Assembly (NCBI GenBank): GCA_963665815.1
Contig: OY762463.1
Location: forward strand, 1,696,001-1,760,000
Origin: Candidatus Cloacimonadales bacterium
GTDB taxonomy: Bacteria; Cloacimonadota; Cloacimonadia; Cloacimonadales; JAIOQZ01
Length of the DNA: 64,000 nt
Direction: 5' to 3'
In this document: piece by piece, positions 31,656-41,362 of the stretch
Numbering within the stretch: position 1 is the first letter of the stretch
Layout: each line of letters opens with the position of its first letter
Notes under the pieces: generated by a model
What the model was told of the DNA's origin: nothing
Seen by the model: only the letters and a program-made list of their open reading frames with translations
Database searches by the model: none
Position numbers and translations under genes: made by a program

Positions 31656-32691
31656 TATGAGAAGTTTCGGTAGTGACAACCATTCCGGTGTTCATCCGGC
31701 AATTATAAACGCGATCAGCAATGCCAATATCAATCACTGTATTGCCTATGGTGATGATCCCTGGACAGAAAATGCTATAAGCAGATTCAAAGAATTTTTC
31801 GGTGATAATATTCATGTATTCTTCGTATTCAATGGTACCGCTGCCAATGTGCTTTCTATTAACACTATGCTCAAACCTTTTCACTCTGTTATCTCAGCCA
31901 CGACATCGCACATCCATAAAGATGAATGTGGTGCTCTGGAAAAAGTTGCCGGCAATAAGATGCAGCTTATCCCAACAGAACATGGGAAACTATCCGTAGA
32001 GCTTCTTGAGAAACACATAAATTTTGACGAAGCAGAACACCATGTTCAACCTAAAATGATTACTATTTCACAACCTACGGAAGTTGGCACATTATATACA
32101 ATAGAAGAGCTCAAGGCTTTGACTGATTTCGCCCACAAGCATGAAATGTATGTACACATGGACGGAGCCCGTCTTTCCAATGCAGCCGCAGCTTTGAAAT
32201 CAGATTTCAAGGCTTTCACAAAAGATGTCGGGATTGATATTCTTTCCTTTGGTGGGACTAAAAACGGAATGCTTCTCGGTGAATCCATTGTTGTGTTTGA
32301 TCACCCTGATCCTGAATCTATAAAGTACTACCGAAAGCAGAATATGCAGCTTGGTTCCAAGATGCGTTATTTCTCAGCTCAGTTCATTGAGTTTCTTTCG
32401 AATGACTTATGGAAATCGAACGCTGAACATGCAAACAACATGGCATCTTATCTTGCAGATAGCATAAAGCACCTGAAAAAGATTGAACCTGTTCATCCTG
32501 TAGAAACTAACGGAATCTTCGCTTATGTACATCCTGAAATCGTAAAAAAACTGCAGGAAGATTTCTTCTTCTATATCTGGGATGAAGAGAAATCTGTTGT
32601 GAGATGGATGACATCCTTTGACACAACAAAAGAGGATATTGAGAAATTCGCGACAAGAATAGAGGAAATATATCAAGAGTTTTATGAGTAG
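31645..32691 (+). CDS. ltaE: Low-specificity L-threonine aldolase
   Basis: 'FGSDN', 'YGDD', 'NGTAAN', 'HMDGARL', 'SFGGTKNG', 'RWMTSF'. Confidence 0.88.
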   Translation: MHNNMRSFGSDNHSGVHPAIINAISNANINHCIAYGDDPWTENAISRFKEFFGDNIHVFFVFNGTAANVLSINTMLKPFHSVISATTSHIHKDECGALEKVAGNKMQLIPTEHGKLSVELLEKHINFDEAEHHVQPKMITISQPTEVGTLYTIEELKALTDFAHKHEMYVHMDGARLSNAAAALKSDFKAFTKDVGIDILSFGGTKNGMLLGESIVVFDHPDPESIKYYRKQNMQLGSKMRYFSAQFIEFLSNDLWKSNAEHANNMASYLADSIKHLKKIEPVHPVETNGIFAYVHPEIVKKLQEDFFFYIWDEEKSVVRWMTSFDTTKEDIEKFATRIEEIYQEFYE

Positions 32692-33080
32692 AATACGATC
32701 CCCCTACGCATTGGACCTGTCCTTTCGAATGGTTCTCTTACCGATACAAATCTATGTACTACAAATTACTTTCCAGCTTACAGAATAACTCCAGAATTTC
32801 TTCATACCCCGTTCACCTTTGTCAACTTCGGTGCCCCTCTTAATATAAGAGATTTACTTGTATTGCGAACTTCAAGAGAAAAGACATATTTTTCTATCCG
32901 CAAGCAATTTCCAGAGCATATTGACTTTGTCAACATCACTCCAAAAAGCACTGAGTGCAGTATGCTAAGACAGTCATAACTCCCTTATATTGAAAATATT
33001 GTGCATTATATGGACTAAATCCTTGACATTGACAGAACTTCTTAACTTATTTCATCTATCAGAAGAAGCAGGAGGATGAG

Positions 33081-34412
33081 ATGTTACAAGATTTAAGAAT
33101 GTTCTTGAAATCGTTGTGCGATCAATACAAAGACTTAAAACTTCAATTTGAACTGGAATACTGGGAAACAGACTTTCTGCGTTTCTTTAAAAGTGAAGTT
33201 AATTACAATATCACAAAAGAATCCGTTAACCTGAATGTAGATGTATACAAAGGTAAAAAATCTTATGGATTCAATGTGTCTGCACCTACTCGTGAGAAAA
33301 TCACGCAAAAGCTGCAGGAAACCCTGGAGGTTATAGACCTCTTACCGGAAGATCCGGACTTTGTTGATATTGAAGATAACACAGAAATTGTGGAAAATCC
33401 TTTTAAAGAAAACCCGATCGAAAAATACCCCTTAAACTACAAAATCGATATACTTAAACACATAGATAAGATTGTATCACCCCATGAATTCAAGCTGTAC
33501 GGTACATTTGTATGTAATTACATTACTTATTGTACAATCAACAGCAACGGTCTTGATAAACTTACATACAGTGCTCCGGTTATGCTGGAACTTAAAGCTG
33601 TCAGCGAGAGAAATCAGGTTACAGTTCTGGAAACATTCGGCAGTGAATCCATGGATAATTTCAATCGCGATGATTTCACAGCTGCTCTTAGCATGAAGAT
33701 TCAGGCTGCAAAGAATGAAATCGTCGATGTTGAAAAAGATGAATACGAAGTTATCTTATCCCCGAGATGTATAGGTGACTTGTGGTCTTACTTGGGTTAT
33801 ATGCTTTCTGCCAGAGCTCTCGATCGTAAGATGTCTTTTGCAGAGGGCAAAATTGATCAGCAGATTTTCCCTGAGAACATCACTCTGATCGATGATCCGC
33901 ATTTCCCTGGAATGATCAACTATGACTACAACCGAGACGGACACATCTACAGAAAAAATGACATCGTCAGGAATGGTGTACTGAAAAACTTTGTTATAAG
34001 CAACTATTATTCACATAAACTCGGACTGGAGAAAAACGGTTCCGGTGGTTTCTGTAAAGTAATGGAAAAAGGTGATAAACCTCTGGAAAAAATGATTGGT
34101 TCAATAAAAAAAGGACTGTATATTTCCAGCCTTCACTATATGAACTTCATTAATCCCAAGGAGACCTCGGTCACAGGGCTCACCCGTGATGGAACTTTCC
34201 TCATAGAGAACGGAAAGATGACCAAAGTAGTAAACAATCTGAGATTTACCCAGAAAATCACTGAAATCATAGAAAGAATAACCATGATCGAAGATACTTT
34301 GCAGAATGTACCTTCATCCGGAAATTACGGAACCTTCAATATTGTTACCAGCGCAATGCCGCACGTTCTTGTGAATGGTTTCAAAATCAGCTCTTCGACA
34401 AAAACAATATAG
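33081..34412 (+). CDS. TldE/PmbA-family protein (non-catalytic partner)
   Basis: PmbA-like fold motifs ('YEVILSP', 'TGLTRDGTFLIENG', 'NLRF'); no HExxxH. Confidence 0.85.
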   Translation: MLQDLRMFLKSLCDQYKDLKLQFELEYWETDFLRFFKSEVNYNITKESVNLNVDVYKGKKSYGFNVSAPTREKITQKLQETLEVIDLLPEDPDFVDIEDNTEIVENPFKENPIEKYPLNYKIDILKHIDKIVSPHEFKLYGTFVCNYITYCTINSNGLDKLTYSAPVMLELKAVSERNQVTVLETFGSESMDNFNRDDFTAALSMKIQAAKNEIVDVEKDEYEVILSPRCIGDLWSYLGYMLSARALDRKMSFAEGKIDQQIFPENITLIDDPHFPGMINYDYNRDGHIYRKNDIVRNGVLKNFVISNYYSHKLGLEKNGSGGFCKVMEKGDKPLEKMIGSIKKGLYISSLHYMNFINPKETSVTGLTRDGTFLIENGKMTKVVNNLRFTQKITEIIERITMIEDTLQNVPSSGNYGTFNIVTSAMPHVLVNGFKISSSTKTI

Positions 34413-34420
34413 GAGATATA

Positions 34421-35854
34421 ATGAAAAAATTAGTTTATGATATCATCAGAAAACTTGAACATCTTGATTATGCAGATGTCAGACTTACAGTCTCCGATAC
34501 CCAGAATATATTCTTTGAAAAAGGTGAATTAAAACATATATCTTCAGACCTTAATTCAGCTGCAGTCGGAATCAGAGTTCTTGTTGACGGCTGCTGGGGG
34601 TTTGCCGGCACAAAAAATCTGGATACACTTTCACTTGATAAAGCTGCCAGAAGAGCAATATCCAATGCTCAGCACGGTGCGAAATTCAAGACAAATAAAA
34701 TAAAACTGGCTCCGGTTAAACCAACAGTGAAAAGCTATTTCTTCCGTCCGGAAATCGATCCGTTTCTGATGAGTGACGAAGAAAAAATCAACTACTTCAG
34801 CAACATTGCCGGAATGATGACGAACCAGGATAAAATTGTTCAGTCAAATGTCTCTGCTAACTTCTTCCGTCAGTACAAAATCTTTGCTAATACCGAGGGC
34901 ACTTTCACTGATTCTCTGGTTTATGATACTAAAGGAGAAATATTTGTTCTGGCCTCCGGTGGAGGTAAAATATACTCCAGAACCTATCCGGGACATATGG
35001 CTGCGCGTAGAGGTGGTTTCGAAGTAATAAAGAATTTCAAATTCGAAGAGAATGTTGATAAAACTCTGGAAGAAGCAATCGCATTGATTAACGCACCTGT
35101 TATAGAAGATGAAAAAGCTGACATCATAATTGGTAGTGGACATCTGGCGTTACAACTCCACGAATCTGTTGGACATGCTACCGAAGCTGACAGAATTTTC
35201 GGAATGGAGATATCCTACGCCGGGAAAACCTTTGTTAAACCGGAAATGCTCGGAAACTTCCAGTATGGTTCAGATATTGTGACAATATTCAGTGATAGTA
35301 CAGATCCGAAAGGACTTGGCTATCATGTAGTAGATGATGAAGGTGTTCCCGGAAGAAAAGTAGAGATTATCAAAAACGGTATACTTAACGATCAGCAGAC
35401 TGCAAGAGAATTTGCAGGTAAACTCGGATTAGAGCCAAGCTCAAATATGAAAGCATCCTTTGCAGATGACTTCCCTCTCGTGAGAATGACTAACTTCTGT
35501 CTGGCACCTGTTTCCGGTTCTCTCGAAGATTTGATTAAATCCACAGAATACGGATACTACATTGATTATACCAAAACATGGTCGATCGATGATAACCGAA
35601 ATAACTTCCAGTTCACAACAGAAATTGGCTGGTTGATTAAAGACGGAGAGATCAAACATATTGTAAAAGAGCCGACATACTGGGGGATAACTCCTGAGTT
35701 CTGGAATGCCTGCGATGCAATCTGCGGACCGGAAGAATGGGAATACCACGGTACATTTAACTGCGGCAAAGGCGAACCGGGACAGGCTATGCACCTTTCA
35801 CACGGTGTAGCTCCGGCAAGGTTCAGAAAAATAAACGTTAACGTAAAGGCATAA
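34421..35854 (+). CDS. TldD-family metallopeptidase
   Basis: 'YADVR', HExxxH 'LHESVGHATEADR', 'RMTN', C-terminal 'CGKGEPGQ'. Confidence 0.92.
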   Translation: MKKLVYDIIRKLEHLDYADVRLTVSDTQNIFFEKGELKHISSDLNSAAVGIRVLVDGCWGFAGTKNLDTLSLDKAARRAISNAQHGAKFKTNKIKLAPVKPTVKSYFFRPEIDPFLMSDEEKINYFSNIAGMMTNQDKIVQSNVSANFFRQYKIFANTEGTFTDSLVYDTKGEIFVLASGGGKIYSRTYPGHMAARRGGFEVIKNFKFEENVDKTLEEAIALINAPVIEDEKADIIIGSGHLALQLHESVGHATEADRIFGMEISYAGKTFVKPEMLGNFQYGSDIVTIFSDSTDPKGLGYHVVDDEGVPGRKVEIIKNGILNDQQTAREFAGKLGLEPSSNMKASFADDFPLVRMTNFCLAPVSGSLEDLIKSTEYGYYIDYTKTWSIDDNRNNFQFTTEIGWLIKDGEIKHIVKEPTYWGITPEFWNACDAICGPEEWEYHGTFNCGKGEPGQAMHLSHGVAPARFRKINVNVKA

Positions 35855-35857
35855 ACA

Positions 35858-36610
35858 ATGAAAAGTATGAATGAATACAGAGAGTTTCTCAAAGATACTA
35901 TAAGAAAACAGACAGACTTTACAAAAACTGATCAGGTTATGAAAAAGCCTGCTCCACCGATAGAAAAACCACATGCTGACGATGCATTCACAATTGAACT
36001 GCCCGGACCTGATGAATGGACAGAAATTGAGGACAAAGGATTTCTTGCCTGCACAAAGAACAGACGCAGCCACAGGAAATACTGTGACGAACCACTTACA
36101 ATACAGGAGTTAGCATTCCTTTGCTGGACAACACAGGGAATACAGATGCAGCTCAGTGAAGCTACAGCATTCCGTACAGTCCCTTCTGCCGGATGCCGTC
36201 ATGCTTTTGAAACATATCTGTGGATAATGAATGTTAAAGGATTCACTCCCGGTTGTTACAGATACCTACCTATGGAGCACAAGCTCGTAAAGGAATTCGA
36301 GACTGACAATATGCGAGATAAAGTAGTAGAAGCCTGTAATGGACAAAAATTCGCAGGAACTGCAAGCGTAGTTTTCCTCTGGTCAACAATCCCTTACAGG
36401 ATGGAGTGGCGCTACTCTTATGCATCCCATAAAGTTATCGCAATGGATTCAGGACACGTTTGCCAGAATCTGTATCTTGCCTGCAATGTGATAAACGCCG
36501 GAACTTGTGCAATTGCTTCTTACAATCAACCTGTTGCGGATTCTCTGCTCAGAATCGACGGTGAAGAAGAATTTGTTATCTATATCTCACCTGTGGGAAA
36601 ATTGCCATAA
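35858..36610 (+). CDS. SagB/ThcOx-family FMN-dependent dehydrogenase (nitroreductase fold)
   Basis: 'RRSHRKY', 'RTVPSAGCRHAFETY', 'YRY.P..H.L', 'DSGHVCQNLYL'. Confidence 0.88.
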   Translation: MKSMNEYREFLKDTIRKQTDFTKTDQVMKKPAPPIEKPHADDAFTIELPGPDEWTEIEDKGFLACTKNRRSHRKYCDEPLTIQELAFLCWTTQGIQMQLSEATAFRTVPSAGCRHAFETYLWIMNVKGFTPGCYRYLPMEHKLVKEFETDNMRDKVVEACNGQKFAGTASVVFLWSTIPYRMEWRYSYASHKVIAMDSGHVCQNLYLACNVINAGTCAIASYNQPVADSLLRIDGEEEFVIYISPVGKLP

Positions 36611-36631
36611 AAAATTGATAGAAATATTTTG

Positions 36632-36661
36632 AAGGACTTCCGATTTATGGGAGTCCTTTTT
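36632..36661 (+). terminator. Rho-independent terminator closing the tldE-tldD-sagB unit
   Basis: aaggacttcc-gatttat-gggagtcctt followed by a T run. Confidence 0.75.
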
Positions 36662-36750
36662 CAAACACAATCTGCTTGACTTAAGCTATTGAAACTGCTT
36701 CATGAAAAAAGTTGAAAGACTTGTATTTAGTAATAAACCCGGAGGAAATT

Positions 36751-37101
36751 ATGGAACGTAAAATAGTAATTTTTGCTTTCAATGGAGAAATGATGTGTTT
36801 CTTTCATGGAATGCTGAACGCAATTGATTTACATGATAAAGGAAATGATGTTCGTCTTGTAATTGAAGGACAGGCAACAAAATTAATAACTGAGTTAGAC
36901 AAACCTGAATGCCCGTTTCACAAAGCTTACCTGAAGCTTAAAGAAATGAACATCATAGATTGCATTTGCAAAGCTTGTGCCGGTAAAATGGGAACTCTGG
37001 AAGAAGCGAAGAAACAGGGATTAACAATCTCAGGTAATCTTTCAGGACATCCATCCATGTCGCAGTACTTAGAAAAAGGTTTTGAGCTGATTACACTTTG
37101 A
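36751..37101 (+). CDS. DsrE-like protein
   Basis: GGAGG RBS; 'CFFHGMLNA', 'VIEG', 'CICKACA', 'GHP...Y...GFELITL'. Confidence 0.75.
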   Translation: MERKIVIFAFNGEMMCFFHGMLNAIDLHDKGNDVRLVIEGQATKLITELDKPECPFHKAYLKLKEMNIIDCICKACAGKMGTLEEAKKQGLTISGNLSGHPSMSQYLEKGFELITL

Positions 37102-37310
37102 GGATAGCTTTGTATATTAGAATGATGATCGGTTCTGATGATCTGGTTTCAATGATACTAGCATACTAATCTTTCTAATTTAATCTAACTCTATATAATT
37201 GATTAAGATAACAATTATTAACTTATGAATGAAGATTACGTAACATACTATATACTAATGATATAACCAAATCTAAAACTTTTATTAATCTGTGAAATAG
37301 TCTATTAGGT

Positions 37311-37474
37311 TAGATTACCTTCATTTTCTTTGGTGTCAAAGAAAACGAAGCAAAAGAAAGCACTTCTATTTAAAGATGTATTTTCAGCAAACTGAAACCA
37401 TAAATCTTTCCTAAAATCCTTCCAAGGCTTCAGGATTTTTTAACGGAAAAATTTATTATACGGATGAAAAAGAA
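37311..37474 (+). repeat. Structured repeat family B, copy 1
   Basis: Aligns with the reverse complement of 60459-60660; hairpins ttttctttg/caaagaaaa and aaaatcct/aggatttt. Confidence 0.75.
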
Positions 37475-37656
37475 GTAAATGCCCAACGATGCAAAGCATT
37501 TAAAGGTAGATAAAGAATGTAGATAATCGTGATTTCCTCAAAATCACCTTACTTCTTGATGAAAATTAATTTAGATACGCACAATAGAACCTTCTTACTC
37601 AATTTTCAATAACTTACGTGTCGGAAAGATTAGCAACATATTTTTTATCAAATCTG

Positions 37657-38031
37657 CTACATTAGAATTAAAATCACAATATTATCTATTATAGGATAAA
37701 TTGTTCTTGAGAATATAAACTCAGCAATATAGCTTATCACGAAATAGATCATTGCTTCCCGCCAATCCAGAACAAACACAACTTTCACAATCAATGCTTT
37801 TGGGATTGTCAGCAGACTGAGCGTGATGTAGAATATTATTCCGGAATAGAAGCTGTGGTCAATACCGAATATCTTTAGAATCAGTACATCTACGAGAAAG
37901 AACACTGTTGCCAGAACAAGTGACTTCAAGTACACATGGTATTCTTCGCAGTTCAGAGACATTTTCAAAATTCCGTACATCACCAGCGGACGTACCAATA
38001 TAGCTGATATTATTGTTGCAATGTAGTACAA
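37657..38031 (-). CDS. Hypothetical small integral membrane protein (~4 TM)
   Basis: TTG start after AGGAGA; almost entirely hydrophobic 124 aa. Confidence 0.6.
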   Translation of the reverse strand: MYYIATIISAILVRPLVMYGILKMSLNCEEYHVYLKSLVLATVFFLVDVLILKIFGIDHSFYSGIIFYITLSLLTIPKALIVKVVFVLDWREAMIYFVISYIAEFIFSRTIYPIIDNIVILILM

Positions 38032-38063
38032 TCAGGTCTCCTGAAGATATGGCAAATCATTAA

Positions 38064-38106
38064 ATCACACCATTCCGAAGGTTTTTAACCATTCGGAAGG
38101 TGTGAT
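38064..38106. repeat. REP-like palindrome
   Basis: atcacacc-a-ttccgaa-ggtt-ttt-aacc-a-ttcggaa-ggtgtgat. Confidence 0.7.
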
Positions 38107-38121
38107 AATATATGTTAGAAC

Positions 38122-39408
38122 TTAGAATGTTGTTGTATCCACGAAATTGAAATTATTTATAAGCATTGACGGTACTTTCAAGGACAATCTCACCAGCTCT
38201 TCTTTTCCCATAGCCAGTATTCTGTTCGTCACTTCAGGGATAACCTCGTTCCATCTGAAGTTATGAACAGCATTTTTGATTTTCCCATCTTCGAAATACA
38301 TAACACCATCTCTTGTTAATCCGGTTAATTCACCTTTTTTCATGTCAACAACACGGATATACCATAGAGCGTTGATAATGATACCTCTTGGAACCATCTT
38401 CATCATTTCTTCTTCTGTACAATCCCCTCCCAGTATAATAGCATTTGGAACATTTGCAGGTTCAATGCCTTTCTTCAATGCATATGATTTTTCAGAAGGC
38501 ATGTTTTTCAGGATTCCATTTTCCACCCAGGCAATGTCTTTTCCAACTACACCATCACCACTGAAAGGAGTTCTGAGCAATTCTTTATCCTGCATACTGG
38601 AAATCAGGTTGAACTTATCTCCAAAAGCTTTCTTTCCAAGCATTCCTGTAAAAGGAGTTAAACCCTCATCAGCTTCTCTCATGTTAAGAAAATAAAGCAG
38701 AAATCCGAATAAATCACTTACAGCTGCTGGTCGAAGTATAACAGGAATTTTCTGTGCATCCATATGCTTCATATCTTTCAGGCTATATAGTTGATTGTTC
38801 AATTTCTCAATCTCTTTGTCAAGATCGAACGATTTATAGTCCATCACACTGGATGAGACCTTCGTTTCCATATCATCTTTTTTAATTGTCATTGAATGAC
38901 CGAACACACTGCTCTCGAAAAATCCCTCAAAACCGTTTTTTGCTATTGTATAGAAATACCCATGGCCTTTTTCTGTCATTCCCGAGAGCTTTGCTCCCTG
39001 CTTTTCTGCGTTTGCAATGGATTTCTCAACAATCTCTACCATCTCATCAACTTTGAGATTATCTGTCGCTTCTGCAAAGTTCTTCACCTTCATATATTCA
39101 GCAGCTTCTGCCGATGGAATATGTTCGGGATCGGGCTGATTCAGCTTTGCAATTTCCTGAGCTTTTTCCACAACCTGCTTGATTGAATCTTCATCATACT
39201 GGTTTGTTAAAGCCATACCTTTTTTATTTCCATAAGAAACATTAATTGCTACTCTATTGTTTTCTCCGGTTATATGCTGAGTAATTGCATTCTGAGCAAA
39301 TCTTGTTTCAATACTGTCCGAACCATTGAAGTAGATTGTGTAATCATCGGCTGTACAATACTTCTTCACTAAATCACCAATTTTGTATATTCTTTCTTTA
39401 GAGATCAT
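38122..39408 (-). CDS. TldE/PmbA-family protein (second copy)
   Basis: 'TRFAQNAITQ', 'VILRPAAV', 'LTGLTRDG', 'NFRWNE'; no HExxxH. Confidence 0.88.
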   Translation of the reverse strand: MISKERIYKIGDLVKKYCTADDYTIYFNGSDSIETRFAQNAITQHITGENNRVAINVSYGNKKGMALTNQYDEDSIKQVVEKAQEIAKLNQPDPEHIPSAEAAEYMKVKNFAEATDNLKVDEMVEIVEKSIANAEKQGAKLSGMTEKGHGYFYTIAKNGFEGFFESSVFGHSMTIKKDDMETKVSSSVMDYKSFDLDKEIEKLNNQLYSLKDMKHMDAQKIPVILRPAAVSDLFGFLLYFLNMREADEGLTPFTGMLGKKAFGDKFNLISSMQDKELLRTPFSGDGVVGKDIAWVENGILKNMPSEKSYALKKGIEPANVPNAIILGGDCTEEEMMKMVPRGIIINALWYIRVVDMKKGELTGLTRDGVMYFEDGKIKNAVHNFRWNEVIPEVTNRILAMGKEELVRLSLKVPSMLINNFNFVDTTTF

Positions 39409-40847
39409 TGTGAACCTCCTACGCGAATATTACGGAATCGCGCTGTAGCTCCTCCATGCGTCATTCTGCCAGCCTGCATTGGTTGACCCTTACCGCAATT
39501 AACAACACCGAATGTCTTGAAGTATCTTTCATCACAAATAGCATCGCAGGCATTCCAGAATTCAGGGTTGTTTGATTTATAAAGAACCTTCTTCAGCATT
39601 CTTACTTTCTTTCCATTCTTGATTTCCCAGAACATATCTCCACCAAACTGGAAGTTTACTCTATGCTGGTCGATTGAGAAGGAGCCTTGTCCTTCAATAT
39701 ACACACCATCCTCAGTATCAGCTATAAGCTCTTGAGGTGACAGTTTTTCTTTACCCGGCTGCAGGTATAAATTAGGAATTCTGTTGATTGGAATATCATA
39801 ATAATCTGTTGCTCTGTTACAGCCTCTACTCATGGTTTCACCAATAAACGGTGCTGTATCTCTGGTTGTTCCGTATTCATTCAGTATACCGTCTTTCACA
39901 ATATGCCATTTCTGGTTAGGTACACCGTCATCATCATAACCCAGAGTTGCCAGTCCACTCTCCAGTTTATTATCTGCTACAAAATTAACAATTTCGGAGC
40001 CATACCGGAAGTTTTTGAGTTTCTCAGGTGTGGCAAAAGATATTCCTGCAAAATCAGCTTCCCAACCCAGAACTCTGTCCAGTTCAGTAGGGTGACCGAC
40101 AGATTCGTGCATTGTCAGCGACATGTGTGTAGGATCCAGAATCAGTGTTCTTCTCTGGTCTTCCCCAAGAGTTCCGGCATGACATTTTGCAATAGCCTCC
40201 TGAGCTATAATTGGTGCTCTTTCCAGAAGATTGAGTGAGTTAATGAATTCCCAGCCTTTTGCTACTCCACCAGTTTGCAGAGACCTTCTCTGGCTGTCAT
40301 CATTAGCAACTGCAGATGCAGAAAGATGCGGACTGATATAAGTATTATTGATACGTAATCTTGTTCCAATTGTTGATGCAAACAGCTTTTCTTCTTTTAC
40401 AGTGCTTAAAAAGAACATAGCCTGCTGAATCTCTTTGTAGTTCATCATACTCCTGTTAACCTCAAACATAAGATCAACTTTCTCCGGAAGTGTAATTGAG
40501 AACGGATCGATTTCGACAGGAGTCGTGTATGTATCGATATAGCTTCTTTCAGAAGCAAGGGTTAATCCTGCTCCAATCTTGATCTTTGCAGAATTCTCTG
40601 CCAGAATTACAGCTTTTTCAACTGTTTTAACAATTTCATCCTTTGTAAAAACATTATTGTGAGCAAAACCCCACGCACCATTTTTGAAAACCCTAATTCC
40701 ATAACCATGCAGTTCGTTTACAGAAGTATTTTTCAGACTCAAGTTTCTGAGAAATATATTCTCGGTAATTTTTTTCTGGATTCGAATATCTGCATAGTCG
40801 ACATTAAGTCCCTGAGCTTTATTCAGGGCAATTGATAAATAATCCAA
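39405..40847 (-). CDS. TldD-family metallopeptidase (second copy)
   Basis: 'YADIR', 'MHESVGHPTELDR', 'CGKGQPMQ'; TTG start at 40847 after GAGGAGG. Confidence 0.92.
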   Translation of the reverse strand: MDYLSIALNKAQGLNVDYADIRIQKKITENIFLRNLSLKNTSVNELHGYGIRVFKNGAWGFAHNNVFTKDEIVKTVEKAVILAENSAKIKIGAGLTLASERSYIDTYTTPVEIDPFSITLPEKVDLMFEVNRSMMNYKEIQQAMFFLSTVKEEKLFASTIGTRLRINNTYISPHLSASAVANDDSQRRSLQTGGVAKGWEFINSLNLLERAPIIAQEAIAKCHAGTLGEDQRRTLILDPTHMSLTMHESVGHPTELDRVLGWEADFAGISFATPEKLKNFRYGSEIVNFVADNKLESGLATLGYDDDGVPNQKWHIVKDGILNEYGTTRDTAPFIGETMSRGCNRATDYYDIPINRIPNLYLQPGKEKLSPQELIADTEDGVYIEGQGSFSIDQHRVNFQFGGDMFWEIKNGKKVRMLKKVLYKSNNPEFWNACDAICDERYFKTFGVVNCGKGQPMQAGRMTHGGATARFRNIRVGGSQ

Positions 40848-40979
40848 AGTTACCTCCTCAGGCATTATGGTTGAAAGTCAATTTACACACTATTTTCCAA
40901 TTTACTCCCTCACCTCTTTTTTGTATTATATCCGGTAATTTTGCAAGCTTTTTTTATATTTTGCATTTGCTGATAAGTT

Positions 40980-41234
40980 TCAATTCCTGAATCTGACTGC
41001 TATTCCCGCTGAAAAAGTCCACACATCTTTTACATCAATTTCTCCGTTTGAAACAACAAAAGCCCTGATATAGGATTCTAAAGTACTGATCTCCGTATAA
41101 AAAGTCCAATAACTGATCTTCTCATTTCTTGATTTGTAATCCGTCTTTAAGCCTGATGCAAGAATGCCATGTGATAACGTATCTTGATTATGTCTGTCGT
41201 GATCTCTTAATTGCCTCTTAGATATATGACCCAA
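40980..41234 (-). pseudogene. Possible remnant of an outer-membrane protein C-terminus
   Basis: 84-codon frame without ATG/RBS, ending in beta-strand-like 'WTFSAGIAVRFRN'. Confidence 0.25.
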
Positions 41235-41362
41235 AAGCTTACATGTATTCTGTAATTTTTTTCCCTGAGAGACGAAAATTTTATTATAATTGCATCAAAA
41301 TCACAAATCAATTGACAAATCACTAATCAGAAATCTGTTTATACTAAAAAAGTTGAGCAACT

